Below, in pieces: positions 1 to 12,963 of a stretch of 64,000 nt of DNA (position 1 is the stretch's first letter; every line of letters starts with the position of its first letter). The translations under genes and the position numbers were made by a program. The stretch comes from Octopus sinensis (lineage: Eukaryota). The stretch is taken from NCBI RefSeq assembly GCF_006345805.1, contig NC_043008.1, positions 21,204,001 through 21,268,000 on the forward strand, in the 5' to 3' direction. The notes under the pieces are model-generated. The model saw nothing but the letters and a program-made list of their open reading frames with translations. It did no database searches and was not told the DNA's origin.

Positions 1-124
1 CTACAGTATTCTGCTTGTATTGATACTAAATGGGTGCAGAACCGCATTTTCTCTAGCATTACTGTAATACTTCTTATCCTTCTCACTATCCAGAACCATT
101 TCATTTCATAACCATCCTTCATTC

Positions 125-318
125 GGGTTGCTGATCCGTGGAATAAGCTGCCGGACGAGATAGTGAAGATGTCGATGACCGCTCGGTTCAAAGTCTCTCT
201 TGACTAGAAATGGCCTGAACTCTTTGCATGAACACCCTCCCTGTACATAACTCCATATCCCCCTACATGGCCTTGCTTTTTGCTTTTTGAGCCAAAAAAT
301 TAACTTAACTTAACTTAA
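125..318 (+). mobile_element. 5'-truncated CR1-type LINE 3' end with (TTAAC)n tail
   Basis: Homologous to 8610-8800 (PWNKLPDE-coding segment and 3' UTR); flanked by 8-bp direct repeat cttcattc (117-124, 319-326). Confidence 0.85.
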
Positions 319-782
319 CTTCATTCTTAATACTGTCTGCCCACATTTTGCATTTATCATTATCCCGTGCCAGCAAATAATCTATCCTTCTCTACTGCCA
401 TACATCTCTCAATCTCCTCGTGCACTACATCTGTATTTGTACCCTACACTCTTGAAGCCTCCATAATTCTAAGATTGCCTATATTACACTGAGTGACCCT
501 GGTGGATCCTGTGAAATCCTGGGTCTGGCATTTCTGTAGATTTTTTTCAGATTGAGATGATTGTGCACATATGTTCTCTGATGCAAATGTTCAATTTTTC
601 TGGTGGTGCTTCCAATCTAGAATGCTCTGCATTTACTCCAGACTACCTCATATATCACACAAACCCTTGAGTACATTTTGAACTTCTCAGACGTGGGCCC
701 CTGTGACTAACTTTACCCTCTACCTGGGCTCCTGAGTGAAATAATAAATAATTGCATATACAGCTCAAGAGTAACAATTGCA

Positions 783-960
783 GGTAAACTAATGGACTGA
801 ATCACAAAACAATTCACAGGAGAATGACAAAAATAGCCTTTCTCTCAGCTACCATATTTATTAGGTAAATTAATGGACAGAATCATATAAAAAAATTCAG
901 GAAAATAACGATAATAGGCTTTTCTCTCAGCCACCATATTTGTTAGGTACACTAATGGAC
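783..960. repeat. ~80-bp tandem repeat, about 2.2 units
   Basis: aggtaaa(c/t)taatggac...ttctctcagc(t/c)accatattt recurs at about 783, 863 and 945. Confidence 0.7.
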
Positions 961-1552
961 ATATTTATTCACCTGAATCACTACTTTCCTCATCACTTTC
1001 ACCAATTTGATTGTCTGGATCACTCTCATTGCCAGCATAAGTGTAAATTCTTCATCGGAAGAATAAACATCAATAATTTCCTCAACTGCAATGAGTCTAG
1101 GCCTTGCTTGTTTACAAGATGAAGTACTGGGTTCATTACATGCTCGTTTCATCACAGTGGGTTTTTTTTTTCTTTTAATTAAAAACCACAGTAAACAACA
1201 GCTATGGCGAGAATACCATTAAGTATGAGTCACAGACACACTTGACTACAAAGCTGTAAAGTGATCAGTTGTCTGTTTTAATATTTCATCTCTCTTTTTC
1301 TATGCGTGTTGTTCATTATCACTTCTGTGAGAATCCAGCAAAGATGACATAAATGTTATTTCTGCTTTAGTGGGAACATGACATGGCAGGGTGAAGATGT
1401 TGGTGGGTAAATAAATAGTGTGCATCCCTCAATACTATTTATGGTATGATTTCTAGACAGAAATTTCATTAGGGATGGAGAAAGCTGAAACCAACTGTAA
1501 ACAATAGAAAGGAGTCACACAAAGCAGATTGTTTGTTATAACATCACAAGCC

Positions 1553-1909
1553 TGTGCATGTTACCAGTCAGCACATGTCACCAGTCTGTGCATGCCACTG
1601 GCCTGTGCATGACACCAGTCTGCTCATGTCACCTGTCTGTGCATGTCACCAGCCTGCACATGTCACCTGTCTGTGCATGTTACCAGTCAGCACATGTCAC
1701 CAGTCTGTGCATGCCACTGGCCTGTGCATGTCACCAGCCTGCACATGTCACCTGTCTGTGCATGTTACCAGCCTGCACATGTCACCTGTCTGTGCATGTT
1801 ACCAGCCTGCACATGTCACCAGTCTGTGCATGTTACCAGCCTGTGCATGTCACCAGTCTGCTCATGTCACCTGTCTGTGCAAGTCACCACTTTGCGCATG
1901 CCACCATCT
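1553..1909. repeat. 17-bp minisatellite, 21 units (consensus tgtgcatgtcaccagtc)
   Basis: Units counted in register from 1553; explains the three Cys/His-rich ORFs. Confidence 0.95.
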
Positions 1910-1960
1910 ACCCCCAAAGCATCTGAGGAGTGGCTTATTCCACCCCTCATTTTTCCACCT

Positions 1961-1996
1961 GTCCTGAAGATGGGGCCATAACCTTGAAATATTGAA
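1961..1996 (+). ncRNA. Degenerate minimal hammerhead-like motif, probable Penelope-like element remnant
   Basis: gtc-CTGAAGA-t-gggg/ccataa/cctt-GAA-ATAT-T-gaa: canonical core, wobble-rich stem II, palindromic ATAT stem III, weak stem I. Confidence 0.45.
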
Positions 1997-2899
1997 ATAT
2001 AAGATAAAACTTCAACTGTTGTACTGTTTTCCTTTTTTGTAGTTTACTTTGTAGTTCACTTTGCATTGTTTTGGTCTTATCTCACAAGTTTTTAAGTTTA
2101 TCCAACACACACATACATGCATGTGTGCATGCACACACACTCTCTCTCTCACACACACACTCACACACACACATGCATATATATGAATATACTCACACCC
2201 ATATACACATGTATATGTGTATGTGCGAATGTATGTGAGGATTGACATTCATGGATTCACTTGAACAAAGTGGTCATCTTGTTCACACACTTTGTTGAAA
2301 TTATGACCAGTTGCTTTGTGCATTCAGACGCCTGTGGAATAAGAAATGCTTTATTTGAAAAGCTGGTAAGGGTTGGCAATGGCAAGAGCATCTGGTCATG
2401 AAATCCTTCCTCAAAAACATGCCCGTCCATAGCCATGATAGCATGGAAGGAAAAAAGACGAATATTAAACAAACAAGTAGATAAATGAATGGGTAAAGAG
2501 GAAACATTTTTACATAAGACATGCATATAATTTGAAGTAAACATACAGTGAAATTGTGGTTTTGTTTTAATATTAGTTGATATTGTAGCAAGTCTTTGCC
2601 CCATTTTGAACCTGAGACTTGCTTTTTTGTTGATGAAGAAAAACTTTGTCAACAACAACTGAATCTGATGACATCATGAAGAAATTATCTAATAATGCTC
2701 ATTGCCCAGATAACATGTGGATTGACTGCCATCAGCTAAAAATTAACCATTCAAAAATTGCCAAAAATTCCAGTTATGGTTGTTGAGGGCAATCAATGAA
2801 AACCTGCATAAGGTTTCCCCACCAAAAACAATGAAGCGCCACCAAGCAGGTATCCAAACACAGACAGTAGTGCATTAGCAGCCTTTCATCCACCAGCTT

Positions 2900-3201
2900 T
2901 AGAACTTGACACTTAGACTTAGCACTCATAAAGAACCGCCTCTATGATAAGAGTTACTGAAGTATGGAACAAACTGCCGGCATCAGTTGTTAGTTGTCGG
3001 AGCACTGCATCCTTCAAAACTTCCATGTTTCCTGAGGTTCGCCAACACTACACCTGATTTTCTCCCCTCCATTCACACGCAAGCATGTATTTGACTCATA
3101 CACTGTTCACTTTCCAGACATTTGTACATTACCGCGTATGCTTTATACGCACTTTTGACAAGTTGTGGTGCACCTGAGCACTGTATACAATAATTTCATT
3201 A
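2900..3201 (+). mobile_element. CR1/L2-like LINE 3' end (second family) with (ATT)n tail
   Basis: Translates RVTEVWNKLPASVVSCRSTASFKTSMFPEVRQHYT*; the same 3' UTR (gtgcacctgagcactgtatacaataa) recurs at ~18885 (+) and ~54540 (-). Confidence 0.75.
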
Positions 3202-3593
3202 TCTCTCTATATATAAAGCTGAAGTTGTCTGTGTATGACAGGTTTGGTAGCCTTCAACTAACACTATCTCCTCCAAGACCCTGCGGTGCAAGTTGACCAA
3301 TATTGAGAGTATGATAGAAGAAGGCTTGCTCTTCCTTCCGTAGAAGATAAAATTCAAATCGGACCATATTAAAACCAAAAATTATTTACATCAAAAAGGT
3401 GCTTTTTTCTATGAAAATCCCTATTTTTTACGATTTTTTTACTTCTGTGTTGCCATTTTTTGGTGCACTTCAACCAGAAAAATGTTCACTTAAAGAGACT
3501 GACAAGCTACATAATGCAAAATTTTTTACATTTCAAAAATTCCAATTCTAAAGGGTGGAAACAAACCCGAGCAATGCCGGGCAATACTGCTAG
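3202..3593 (+). mobile_element. Non-autonomous Helitron, family 1
   Basis: A|TC 5' end, 3' hairpin cccgagcaatgccggg then CTAG|T, no TSD; three copies in window. Confidence 0.85.
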
Positions 3594-4619
3594 TATTATA
3601 TATTATTATAAACACTGTTATTATGAAAATAACTTTTTTTCCTTCTTTTCTGTTAACTCTGTCAGACCTTTGGGTTTGATGTTCATTTCGTAAACAATAA
3701 ATATTGCATGAAAGATTGAAACCGCAACTTTGTTTTCATATTTCCGTTTCATTTCGTTTTGCATTCACACAACTGTTTCAAGTATATCGGTGAAATGGTT
3801 AATGTACTGTATATTACAAAGCTTTTGGTTGTATATCAAACTACAACTAATGACATTTTATCGTGCTCTTAAAAGTACATTTGGGACGTAGTCACAATGC
3901 AAAGCACACTGTTCTCTATAGCTATCAATTGTAGTCTTTGTTACCACATCGTTGTAGTATCTCGAAAGAATCACTATAAGCCGTGTCAGAAACTATCAAT
4001 ACTTCCAAAACTAGTGTTTCATTTTCCTTTCTTGTTTTTGTGTTTTTTCTTTTTGATTTACTTTTAAGTTACTATAACAAATATATAAACCGTCAATAAT
4101 GTCAGATTAATTACTTGGGTGGTTTAATCAATTATAACTGCAGAAACAAAGGCTGTGACTTTGATTCTATAAAGGATCTTTAGAAAACATTTGATATATG
4201 TTTAGCAAGCTGCCAGCTTTCACTTACCCCAAATGCATTCTGTTTTCTTTCTTATTGATTAGTCTGAATAAGTAAGCCTTTTCAAACTTTTGTATTAAGG
4301 TATAATGATTATTGAGTAAGCTTAATGCAGACAATGTGCAGTTTAAATTCTTGCCAGTTAGTTAGTAAGATGAAAAGATATTCACCAAAATAGGAATTCT
4401 CCTGGGAGGTACAGCTCTTACAAAAATAATTCTGAATTGTGCAGGGTTGTTTGTTCTTGTATGAAGTTTATAGAGAATGACATTGTTGACGTAATGAGGG
4501 GATAGAGAAATGAGACAAGTATAGGGGAGGAACAGAACAGAAACTGTTGTTGTAAACAGAGAAAAGATGTAGCCCAGCTGTGGCCATCGGTTGCGAGTTT
4601 TTTGTTTTTTGTTTGTTGC

Positions 4620-4892
4620 TTCTCAAGCCATGCCTGGCTCATAAGGGCTGGTTCCCCGGTTTCCTTGGCGTATAGGTTCCCCACCTGGATGGGATGCCGG
4701 TCTGTCGCAGGTGAGCTGCAAGATGCAGGAGGAAAGAGTGAGAGAAAGTTGTGGCAAAAGAGTCAGCAGAAGTTTGCCATTACCTTCTGCCCGATACACA
4801 TTGAGCTTAGGTGTTTTGCCCGGTCTGAGATTCGAACCTGTGATCCCTCGACTGCGAGTCCGCTGCTCTAACCACTAGGCCATGTGCCTCCT
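4620..4892 (-). mobile_element. tRNA-derived SINE family C
   Basis: Minus-strand head ggaggcacatggcctagtggttagagcag...ggttcgaatctc with A and B boxes; homologous to 11160-11521, 30300-30541, 31508-31635. Confidence 0.75.
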
Positions 4893-5224
4893 CCAGTTGC
4901 GAGTTAAAGTGTGCATATTAAGTTCTGTGAAAGATTTTCCATATCAAAACAGAATGGATAATTTCAAATGTGGTTCTTCTGCCATCATCATCGCTTTTAT
5001 TCACCTCCTCAGTTCTGTTACTGTAAATAAACAAGCACATAATTAAGTTATGGAGACTCTTTAATTAATCTTGCAGAGTATAAAGGCAACTTCACATGTG
5101 GTATTGCCATGGTAAAACATACTTGGTACTTTCTGTAAAGTAGTTAGTAATGAAATGTTAGGTTGAGAGGTCCCTTGATATGAGGTGAAATTTTTATGTT
5201 TGAAGCTTGCTTTGCAATAATATG

Positions 5225-5565
5225 GTTTTGGGTTCAGTCCCACTGTGAAGCACCTTGGGTAAATGTCTTCTACTATTGCCCCAGGCTGACCAACGTCTTG
5301 CGAGTGAATTTAGTAGAGGGAAACTGTGTTGAAGCCTGTCATATATGTATGTATGTGTGTGTGCTTTGAGTCTGTATTTGTGTTGTTGCAGGTGCCACTC
5401 CCTGATTTGTTTGTCACTGTTAGCAGTTCAGCAAAAGGGCTAAAATAGACTAATTACTGGACTTTAAAAAAATTAAGTCTAATACCAGGTTTCATTTGTT
5501 TGACTAAACCCTTCAAGTTGGTGCCCCAGCATGGCCACAGTTCAACAACTGAAACATATAAAATA
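5225..5565 (+). mobile_element. Degenerate tRNA-derived SINE family A
   Basis: gggttcagtcccactg...gcatggccacag, diverged copy of the family at 61811-62283. Confidence 0.65.
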
Positions 5566-5883
5566 TAAAATGTAAAAGTCTCAAAGCAGAGTAGTGGATT
5601 GGCAAAGTTGTCCGAGCAACAAATATGATGCCTTGTGGTATGATATTTGGCGCTTTGTGTTATGATTGGCAACTCTTGTAATAGCATTAGTGTTAAGCTG
5701 TAGTGACCCTCTCCTCCTGGGACAACATTGACGACAAGGACAGAGGTGATTTACTTGTCAGTCAAATGTCTTTCACAAAAACTTTGCCCAAGCCTGCTCA
5801 TTAACTTTGTCACGCAATGTTTTTTTTTTCGTTGTTTAATGTAGTAGATTGGGGTAACATTGCCAAACCTGCAGACTATCTTA

Positions 5884-6120
5884 AAAGGCGGCGAGCTGGC
5901 AGAATCGTTAGCACGCCGGGCGAAATGCTTAGCAGTATTTTGTCTGCCACTACGTTCTGAGTTCAAATTCCGCCGAGGTCGACTTTGCCTTTCATCCTTT
6001 CAGGGTCGATTAAATAAGTACCTGTTATGACACTGGGGTCGATGTAATTGACTTAATCCGTTTGTCTGTCCTTGATTGTCCCTTCTGTGTTTAGCCCCTT
6101 GTGGGTAGTAAAGAAATAGG
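5884..6120 (+). mobile_element. SINE family B (aaggcggcgagctggcaga head; Meta-SINE-like central domain)
   Basis: gttcaaattcc B box, gactttgcctttcatcctt..ggtcgat.aaataagtacc domain; several copies in window. Confidence 0.85.
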
Positions 6121-7052
6121 TATTATTGCCTTAAACCTTTCATTACCTTATTTTTATTGAAATACACTACCTTTGTTTCAATTAATTTTGAGATGATAGA
6201 AAGATGGAAGCCTTGGAGAATAAGTGCATGACAATTCTAATAAATCTGTGATTTTGAAGCAGTGAAAGGAAATTGTAGACTTAATGAATAAATTTCTCCA
6301 AAAATATATTCTATTTTCAAGATTTCACAGCTCTAGCACCACTTCTACATAGCCAACCCTTGTGCGTTTACAGAGGATAATTTTAATTGGAAGAGCAAAT
6401 ATTCTACTATTCACTAGAATTAAACTATGGACCCTGACCAAATTTGAGGAGTGGTGCTGGCGGCTATGGCTGCTACTGTTGCTACCCCTAGCAGAGGAGA
6501 AGGATGAGGATGAAATGTTAGATTTAATGAACCTTCTGACTGCACCATTGATAAAGACCTGTAGTCTCTTTACAAATTGGCCAGTTTCAAGCGCTTGAAA
6601 TCTCATGCTGTGGATTAGCACTTAACTCATGGAAGCAGATGTGAAAGGAGGAAAGAGGCAGAAACATCACATATTTGAGACATCACATTCTAGAAATAAT
6701 GTGGGAAATTTAGAAGTGTTTCAGTATGCTGCTACAGAATCTGTACAATTTTAGAATTAATTGGAACACACCTGTGCGCTACTGTTACTGTATGTGTGTG
6801 TGGGTGTGTTTGTGTCTCTGTGTGTATGTGTGTGTATCTTTAAATTCTTTTAGCCATTAGACTGTGGCCATGCTGGGGCACCACCTTAAAGAATTTTAGT
6901 TGAATGAATTGAACCCTGTACTTATTTTTTCTTAAGGCTGGTATTTATTTTATCGATCATTTTTGCTGAACCTTTGCGAAGTTATAGGGACGTAAACACT
7001 CCAACACCAATTATCAAGTAATAGTGGGGGACAAACATAGACACAAAGCACA

Positions 7053-7097
<45 letters not shown>

Positions 7098-7127
7098 ACA
7101 TGCACACATACATACACACACACATAT

Positions 7128-8718
7128 TTTTCAACTTTTTTCAACTATTTTCAAACAAGATGATGGTTGTGAACCCCCTCCATTTGATAGATCGGTACCT
7201 CCAATGCTTCGATTGGTCATCACGCAGGACGAAGTCAAACGTGTTATTCAAGGCCTCGATGTCAACAAGGGTCACGGCTCTGACGGCATACACCCACGGG
7301 TTATCAAAGCATTGGCTCCGGTCATCTGCGAGCCCTTAACACGTCTATTCAATATGTCATTGGCGACGGGTGTTATACCTGTGGACTGGAGAACAGCGAT
7401 AATCTGCCCAATTTTCAAGAAAGGGAGCCGCGAAGACCCGCTTAACTACCGACCGGTTTCCCTTACCTCAATAATCAGCAAGATGTTCGAAACCATCCTT
7501 AAGAAAAGTATGATGCTCCACCTCCAAAACACAGCCTCTATCTCTGATTCCCAACACGGCTTTGTGCCGAAGAGATCATGCTTGACCAACTTACTGGTAA
7601 TGGAAGAATTGGTGACGCGCATCCTCGATGATAATGATGCTGTTGACATCGTTTTATTGGACTTTGCCAAAGCTTTTGACTCGGTAAACCACCGCCTATT
7701 ACTTGTCAAGCTTCAAGCATATAGTTTCCATCTGGATATTGTACGATGGGTTGGTGCCTTCCTCTCAGATCGCTCCTTCCAAGTCCAAGTTAATGGTTCG
7801 CGGTCCGACGTCTCCAGTGCAAGCAGTGGCGTGCCTCAAGGTTCAGTGCTTGGGCCCTTATTGTTCTTAGTCTTCATAAATGACTTGCCCGACGACCTCA
7901 CGCAACACACCCTTCTATTTGCCGACGATATCAAACTGGTCGCTCCTCGCGGTGATATAGAGGATCTTCGTCGATGCCTCCACCAAATTTGGAAGTGGTC
8001 TAACGAATGGGACCTGTGTTTGAACGTGTCAAAGTGCTGTCATCTGCCTGTTGGCTCTCCTCCTGCAACTCAACTTGATTTCGAGCCAGGTCGTCTGTTG
8101 CTGGAGAGGACTGATCAGGTAAAGGACCTGGGTATCTTGGTGGATTCCTCCTTTTCGCCTTCGGCCCAGTGCGTCCATGCTGCCAACAAAGCACGCGGAA
8201 TTCTGTTCTTGATTCGACGGTCATTCGGAATGCTCACAGCAGCCATATTCCTACCACTCTATGTCACGCTGGTGAGACCCATATTGGAGTACGGGATTCA
8301 AGCCTCTTCTCCTTATCTCCTCAAAGACATACAGCATCTCGAAAGAGTCCAGAAGCTGGCTACCTGCATGGTTCATGGTCTCAAAAATTTGTCCTACGAA
8401 GAAAGGCTGAGGACGCTCTACCTTTATTCTCTTGAAAAACGCCGCCGCCGTGGTGATCTCATTCTTGCCCACAACATCATAAGCGGAAAGTGTAACCTCT
8501 CGAAAGAGCTGTTCTTCACTCCTGCTCCAGAGCATCGGCTGCGGGGTCATTCCGAAAAGCTCTACCTGCGATGATTTCATCTCAATCGAAGGAGAGGAGC
8601 TTTCTCCGTCTGGGTTGCGGATCCGTGGAACAAGCTGCCAGACGAGATGGTGAAGATGCCGACGACCGCTTTGTTCAAAGCCTCCCTTGACCTCAAGTGG
8701 CCTGAACTCTTTACATGA
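7128..8718 (+). pseudogene. LINE ORF2 reverse transcriptase, endonuclease missing, premature TGA at 8572-8574
   Basis: Motifs NYRPVSLTS, QHGF, DFAKAFDSV, SGVPQGSVLGPLLF, FADD, KDLG, LYVTLVRPILEYG; frame continues FHLNRRRGAFSVWVADPWNKLPDE...ELFT* to 8718. Confidence 0.93.
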
Positions 8719-8800
8719 ACACCACCCTGTACTTAATTCCATGTCCCTCTACATGGCCTTGCTATTTGCTTTTGAGCCAAATTAACTAACTAACTAACTA
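7128..8800 (+). mobile_element. 5'-truncated CR1-type LINE with (TAAC)n tail
   Basis: RT coding region, 3' UTR, taac repeats; candidate TSD acatat (7122-7127, 8801-8806). Confidence 0.95.
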
Positions 8801-9177
8801 ACATATGCACACATACATGCTCACAAACACATATGCACACACATACAATGGGCTTCTTTCAGTTTCTATCTATCAAATCCACTCACAAGGCTTTGGTTGG
8901 CCCAAGGCTATAGTAGAAGACACTTGCCCAAGGTGTCACACAGTGGGACTGAACCCAGAACCATGTGGCTGGGAAGCAAACTTGTTACCACACAGCTACA
9001 CCTGTATGTATAATTAGTAGAGTCTCAGAATCAAAAATGAGAATTACTAAATTTAAGAATTGTTCATCATATTTTGTAAAGTTGGTAATTTTACAATTGT
9101 ACCATGGTTCTGAGAGACAACAGGAGTGTATGAATCAAGTGTTTTAATACTTTGCTTGCCCTGGGTACCACATTTAA

Positions 9178-9393
9178 CCCTTTCATATTTGTGTTGAGGT
9201 ACTCTGTGTGTCTTTCGATTAATTTTAAATATAACAAAGAATTTAGTAAAGTAACTTAGTTATCATTAAGCTAGTGTTAGGAATGTAAATCGTGACTAAG
9301 GTTTGGTGGAAGATTTTAATTCAGAACTTATGTAAACAAGACATATGTACTACAGAGCCCAAGGCGGTTTCAGGTGGGTTGGTATCAAAAGGG
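9178..9393. mobile_element. piggyBac-type MITE
   Basis: TTAA|CCCT...AGGG|TTAA termini; homologous copy at 26386-26605. Confidence 0.75.
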
Positions 9394-10229
9394 TTAATAC
9401 ATAGGAGATATTTCTCTGCTGTCTATGCATCGTATATGATACAAATTCCCATATTTTCTTCCAATATATTGGAGTAATTTGGGACTTACGAAAGGACAGC
9501 TTTATGTTGCTCAGAGCAAATGAAACAAGGGTTAATAAAAAAATCTGAAAGCAGGCATGGGTGTTTAAGACAAACTTACAAAAATGCTTTGGGCTGGTAA
9601 AGATTTAAATGAAATTAGAAATATCAAATTTTTCAGTGGCAAAAGATTGTTATGAGATACACAAAAACTTAAATGACAAAAGAAAATGAAGACGTTATCA
9701 AATGATGAAAGCCTGATTAAATACAGAATAAAATAGTTTATAACAATGATAATAGCTAGATTAAATATTGAGCAAAAATCGTTTAGACAGATGTGATAGG
9801 TATTGCATTAAAGGAACTGTTTTGTTAATATTCTGGTTAAACTTATTTAAAAACATGTATGGTAATATTATGATATATATGATAATAGTATTAAAATTGC
9901 TTTACTGTTGATGTTGAAAATCCATAATCAGATCTATCAGAGCAGACACAGTGCTTTGAGATAGGCACAAGTTTTACTGGCTATTACTCAATTCATTATA
10001 ACTTAGTTGCTTATCGTTTGTTTAAGCCTAGAAGCATAAGCTGGCTGAGATTGCTAGAACTGCGCTCCAAGCAGATATATATTTGTTAATCACCTCCTAT
10101 AATGTGTTACTTCACAGCAGAACTGCTATCTTCTCTGTGATAGAGTTGTTGCTTCCAAGTTTCGGATTTAGAAAACAACATCATCAAACCGTTGTATCCT
10201 CCGTCTCCAAATGTCGTGGTGCTGCCATG

Positions 10230-10430
10230 ATATTGTAATCGATGCATTGTGATGTCACTGGTGCCAAGCTGTATTGGCCTTTGTCTTTCCCTTGGATAAC
10301 ATCAGTGGTGTGGAGGGGGGAAGCTGGTATGCATGGGCATCTGCTGGTCTTCCATAAACAACATTGCCCAGACTTGTGCCACACAGGGGAACTCTCTAGG
10401 CGCAATCGCATGGTCATTCATGACTGAAGT
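10230..10430 (+). mobile_element. SINE family D, 3' portion
   Basis: Matches the reverse complement of 27903-28100. Confidence 0.75.
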
Positions 10431-10649
10431 AGGTCTTTACCTTTTTTTTACAATTTTGGTTGATCTAAGTTAAACATTTGATTGCCAAGAGTGCACAATG
10501 ATCTAACAAGTTGCTGGTGCTATAGTTTTATGTATATGTGATATGTAAGTAATGGATCTGAAGTACTTGGCAACTGGATTGGTGTGTAAGTGATTGGATA
10601 GTCTACAGGTTTTTGTTCCATCATCATTATCACAATCATCACCATCATC

Positions 10650-10661
10650 ATCACAATCATC

Positions 10662-10693
<32 letters not shown>

Positions 10694-10925
10694 TTAACGT
10701 CTGTTTTCCATGCTGGCATGGATTGGACGGTTTGACAGGATCTGTCCAGCTGAAGAGCTGCTCCAGGCTCCAATTGTCTATTTTGGTATGGTATCCATGG
10801 TTGACTGCCCTTCCTAACACCAAGCACTTTACAGAGTGTACTGGGTGCTTTTTATGTGGCACCAGCATGGGTGCTTTATTTGTAGCACCAGCGCAAGTGC
10901 TTTTTACTTGGCACCTTAATATAGT
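10650..10925 (-). mobile_element. RTE-type 3' end repeat with (GAT)n tail
   Basis: Same ccaacccatgc(t/c)agcatggaaa.cggacgttaaa(c/t)gatgat terminus as many copies (~13900, 15640, 24140, 32150, 41430, 46920, 48690, 58380, 59820, 63910). Confidence 0.75.
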
Positions 10926-11159
10926 TCTCGGGTGGATTCTATGTGTCACAATGTGACAAGGCTGGACTTTTAAATAGCAGGAAGTGGGCTTCCACACAGT
11001 TTCTGCTTACCCAATTTCACTCACAGTGCATGACTCAATCCAATGTTAGGGTTAAAAAAAAAACAAGCACAAGATGCCATGTAGGGTGTATGGATATTGA
11101 ACTCTGGATCTCACTGACTGCAAGCTAACTTCTTAAACATTCAGCTATGCTGCATCCAT

Positions 11160-11521
11160 ACTAAACACTACATAACATGGCACTCTGTCGGTTATAATGA
11201 CGAGGGTTCCAGTTGATCCGATTGACGGAACAGCCTGCTAGTGAAATTAACATGCAAGTGGCTGAGCACTCCACAGACACATGACATAGAGTGTAACAAG
11301 GTTGGCCCTTTGAAATACAGGTACAACAGAAACAAGAAGAAAGATTGAGAGAAAGTTCTGGTGAAAGAGTACAACAGGGTTCACCACCACCCTCTGCTGG
11401 AGCTTTGTGAAACTTTAAGTGATTTCGCTCAATAAACACTCACAACGCCCGGTATGGGAATGGAAACCGTGATCCTTCGAGCATGAGTCCACTGCCCTAA
11501 CCACTAGGCCATTGTGCCTCC
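11160..11521 (-). mobile_element. tRNA-derived SINE family C
   Basis: ggaggcacaatggcctagtggttagggcag head on minus strand. Confidence 0.75.
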
Positions 11522-11543
11522 ACTACATAATATAATTATGTAT

Positions 11544-11951
11544 TACTCTTTTTACTCTTTTACTTGTTTCAGTCATTTGACTGCAGCCATACTGGAGCAC
11601 CGCCTTTAATCGAGCAACTCGACCCCGGGACTTATTCTTTTGTAAGCCCAGTACTTATTCTATCGGTCTCTTTTGCCGAACCGCTAAGTAACGGGGACAT
11701 AAACACACCAGCATCGGTTGTCAAGCAATGCTAGGGGGACAAACACAGACACACAAGCACACACACGCATATATATACATACATACGACGGGCTTCTTTC
11801 AGTTTCCGTCTACCAAATCCACTCACAAGGCTCTGGTCGGCCTGAGGCTATAGTAGAAGACACTTGCCCAAGGTGCCACGCAGTGGGACTGAACCCGGTA
11901 CCATGTGGTTGGTAAACAAGCTACTTACCACACAGCTACTCCTGCGCCTAT
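11544..11951 (-). mobile_element. tRNA-derived SINE family A, full length
   Basis: ataggcgcagga head, internal TA/TG microsatellite, (gtaaaaga)n tail. Confidence 0.9.
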
Positions 11952-12932
11952 GTATGTAACTTAACTTTTTAAAATTTCCTTCGTCTTTTGAAACATCTGC
12001 CGCCACAGCTCCTGCTCATCGAGCAATTTAAATTTATGATTTATAATTTATTCTATAGAAATTATATGTAGTAGTGTATGTGTGTAATTTTGAATAAATT
12101 ACAGAATATAATTTTATAGCTCTATTCAGGTCTGATGTAACAAAAACATATTTTATATGCAAGTGTTCCTTGAAATATTTTTTTTTTCTATTTAACCTCA
12201 GTTTTGTATTATCAGAATCAAATAACATGCATTGTTTTTGAAAACGTGTTTACTCTTTGTTTTCTCTTCATCATATTTTTGTTATTCTTCAGAAAATAAA
12301 TTACTGACTACACAGGAAGTGAAAGGTTTTATTTGCAGCATGTATCCTTACGTTTATTTATTTATTTTTGGAAATACAGTGAAAGAAAGAAAAAAAGAAA
12401 GAAAGAAAGGAAAAAAGAGGTGAAATATTTCCTGTTGCATTAGCAAAGAGTGTCTTTGAAATAACAAACAAATATATTCAGGCTATTCACTGTGGAATAT
12501 TTTTCCCCGAAAACTTTCAATTAGTCGTAAAATCATGAATATGGTACATCCACATTTGGTCATGTTTTGTGGAAAATTCTCAGTGAAGTGTGGTGCTGAA
12601 GTCTCTTACCAAAATAAGAATGTTTTCTTTACAATATTATGTATGTGTGTGTATGTGTGTATAGATGGATAGATAGATAAATAAATAGACAGATAGATAG
12701 ATACATACATAAATAGATAGATAGATAGATAGATAGGTAGGTAGTCAGACAGACAGAGATAGATAGATAGAGAGATAATGGTATCATTTTAATGACAATT
12801 GTTTGCTAATGATTTGATAATTACTTCCATTTATTTTATCCCTTTGCTTTTTTTTAATGATCTAAGTTGAAACACAAAAATTTTAATTAGCATAATGCAA
12901 TTAGCAACAATTTATGTGTGTGTGCATGCATA

Positions 12933-12963
<31 letters not shown>

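Larger units (their letters stand above)
6845..9005 (-). mobile_element. SINE family A split by a CR1 insertion in its internal (CA)n tract
   Basis: 3' half at 6845-7127 and 5' half at 8801-9005 join into one SINE once 7128-8800 is removed. Confidence 0.85.

Noticed and set aside
6362-6598. 78-aa ORF with hydrophobic then acidic stretch
   Set aside because: No splice or start context, no recognisable domain; other frames are interrupted.
7024-7127. N-terminus (MGDKHRHK...THTHTH) of the 516-aa ORF
   Set aside because: It is read-through of the host SINE and its (CA)n tract; LINE homology starts near 7128.
8251-8742. 163-aa minus-strand ORF (and 7446-7709, 8000-8224)
   Set aside because: Antisense shadow of the LINE RT; no independent support.
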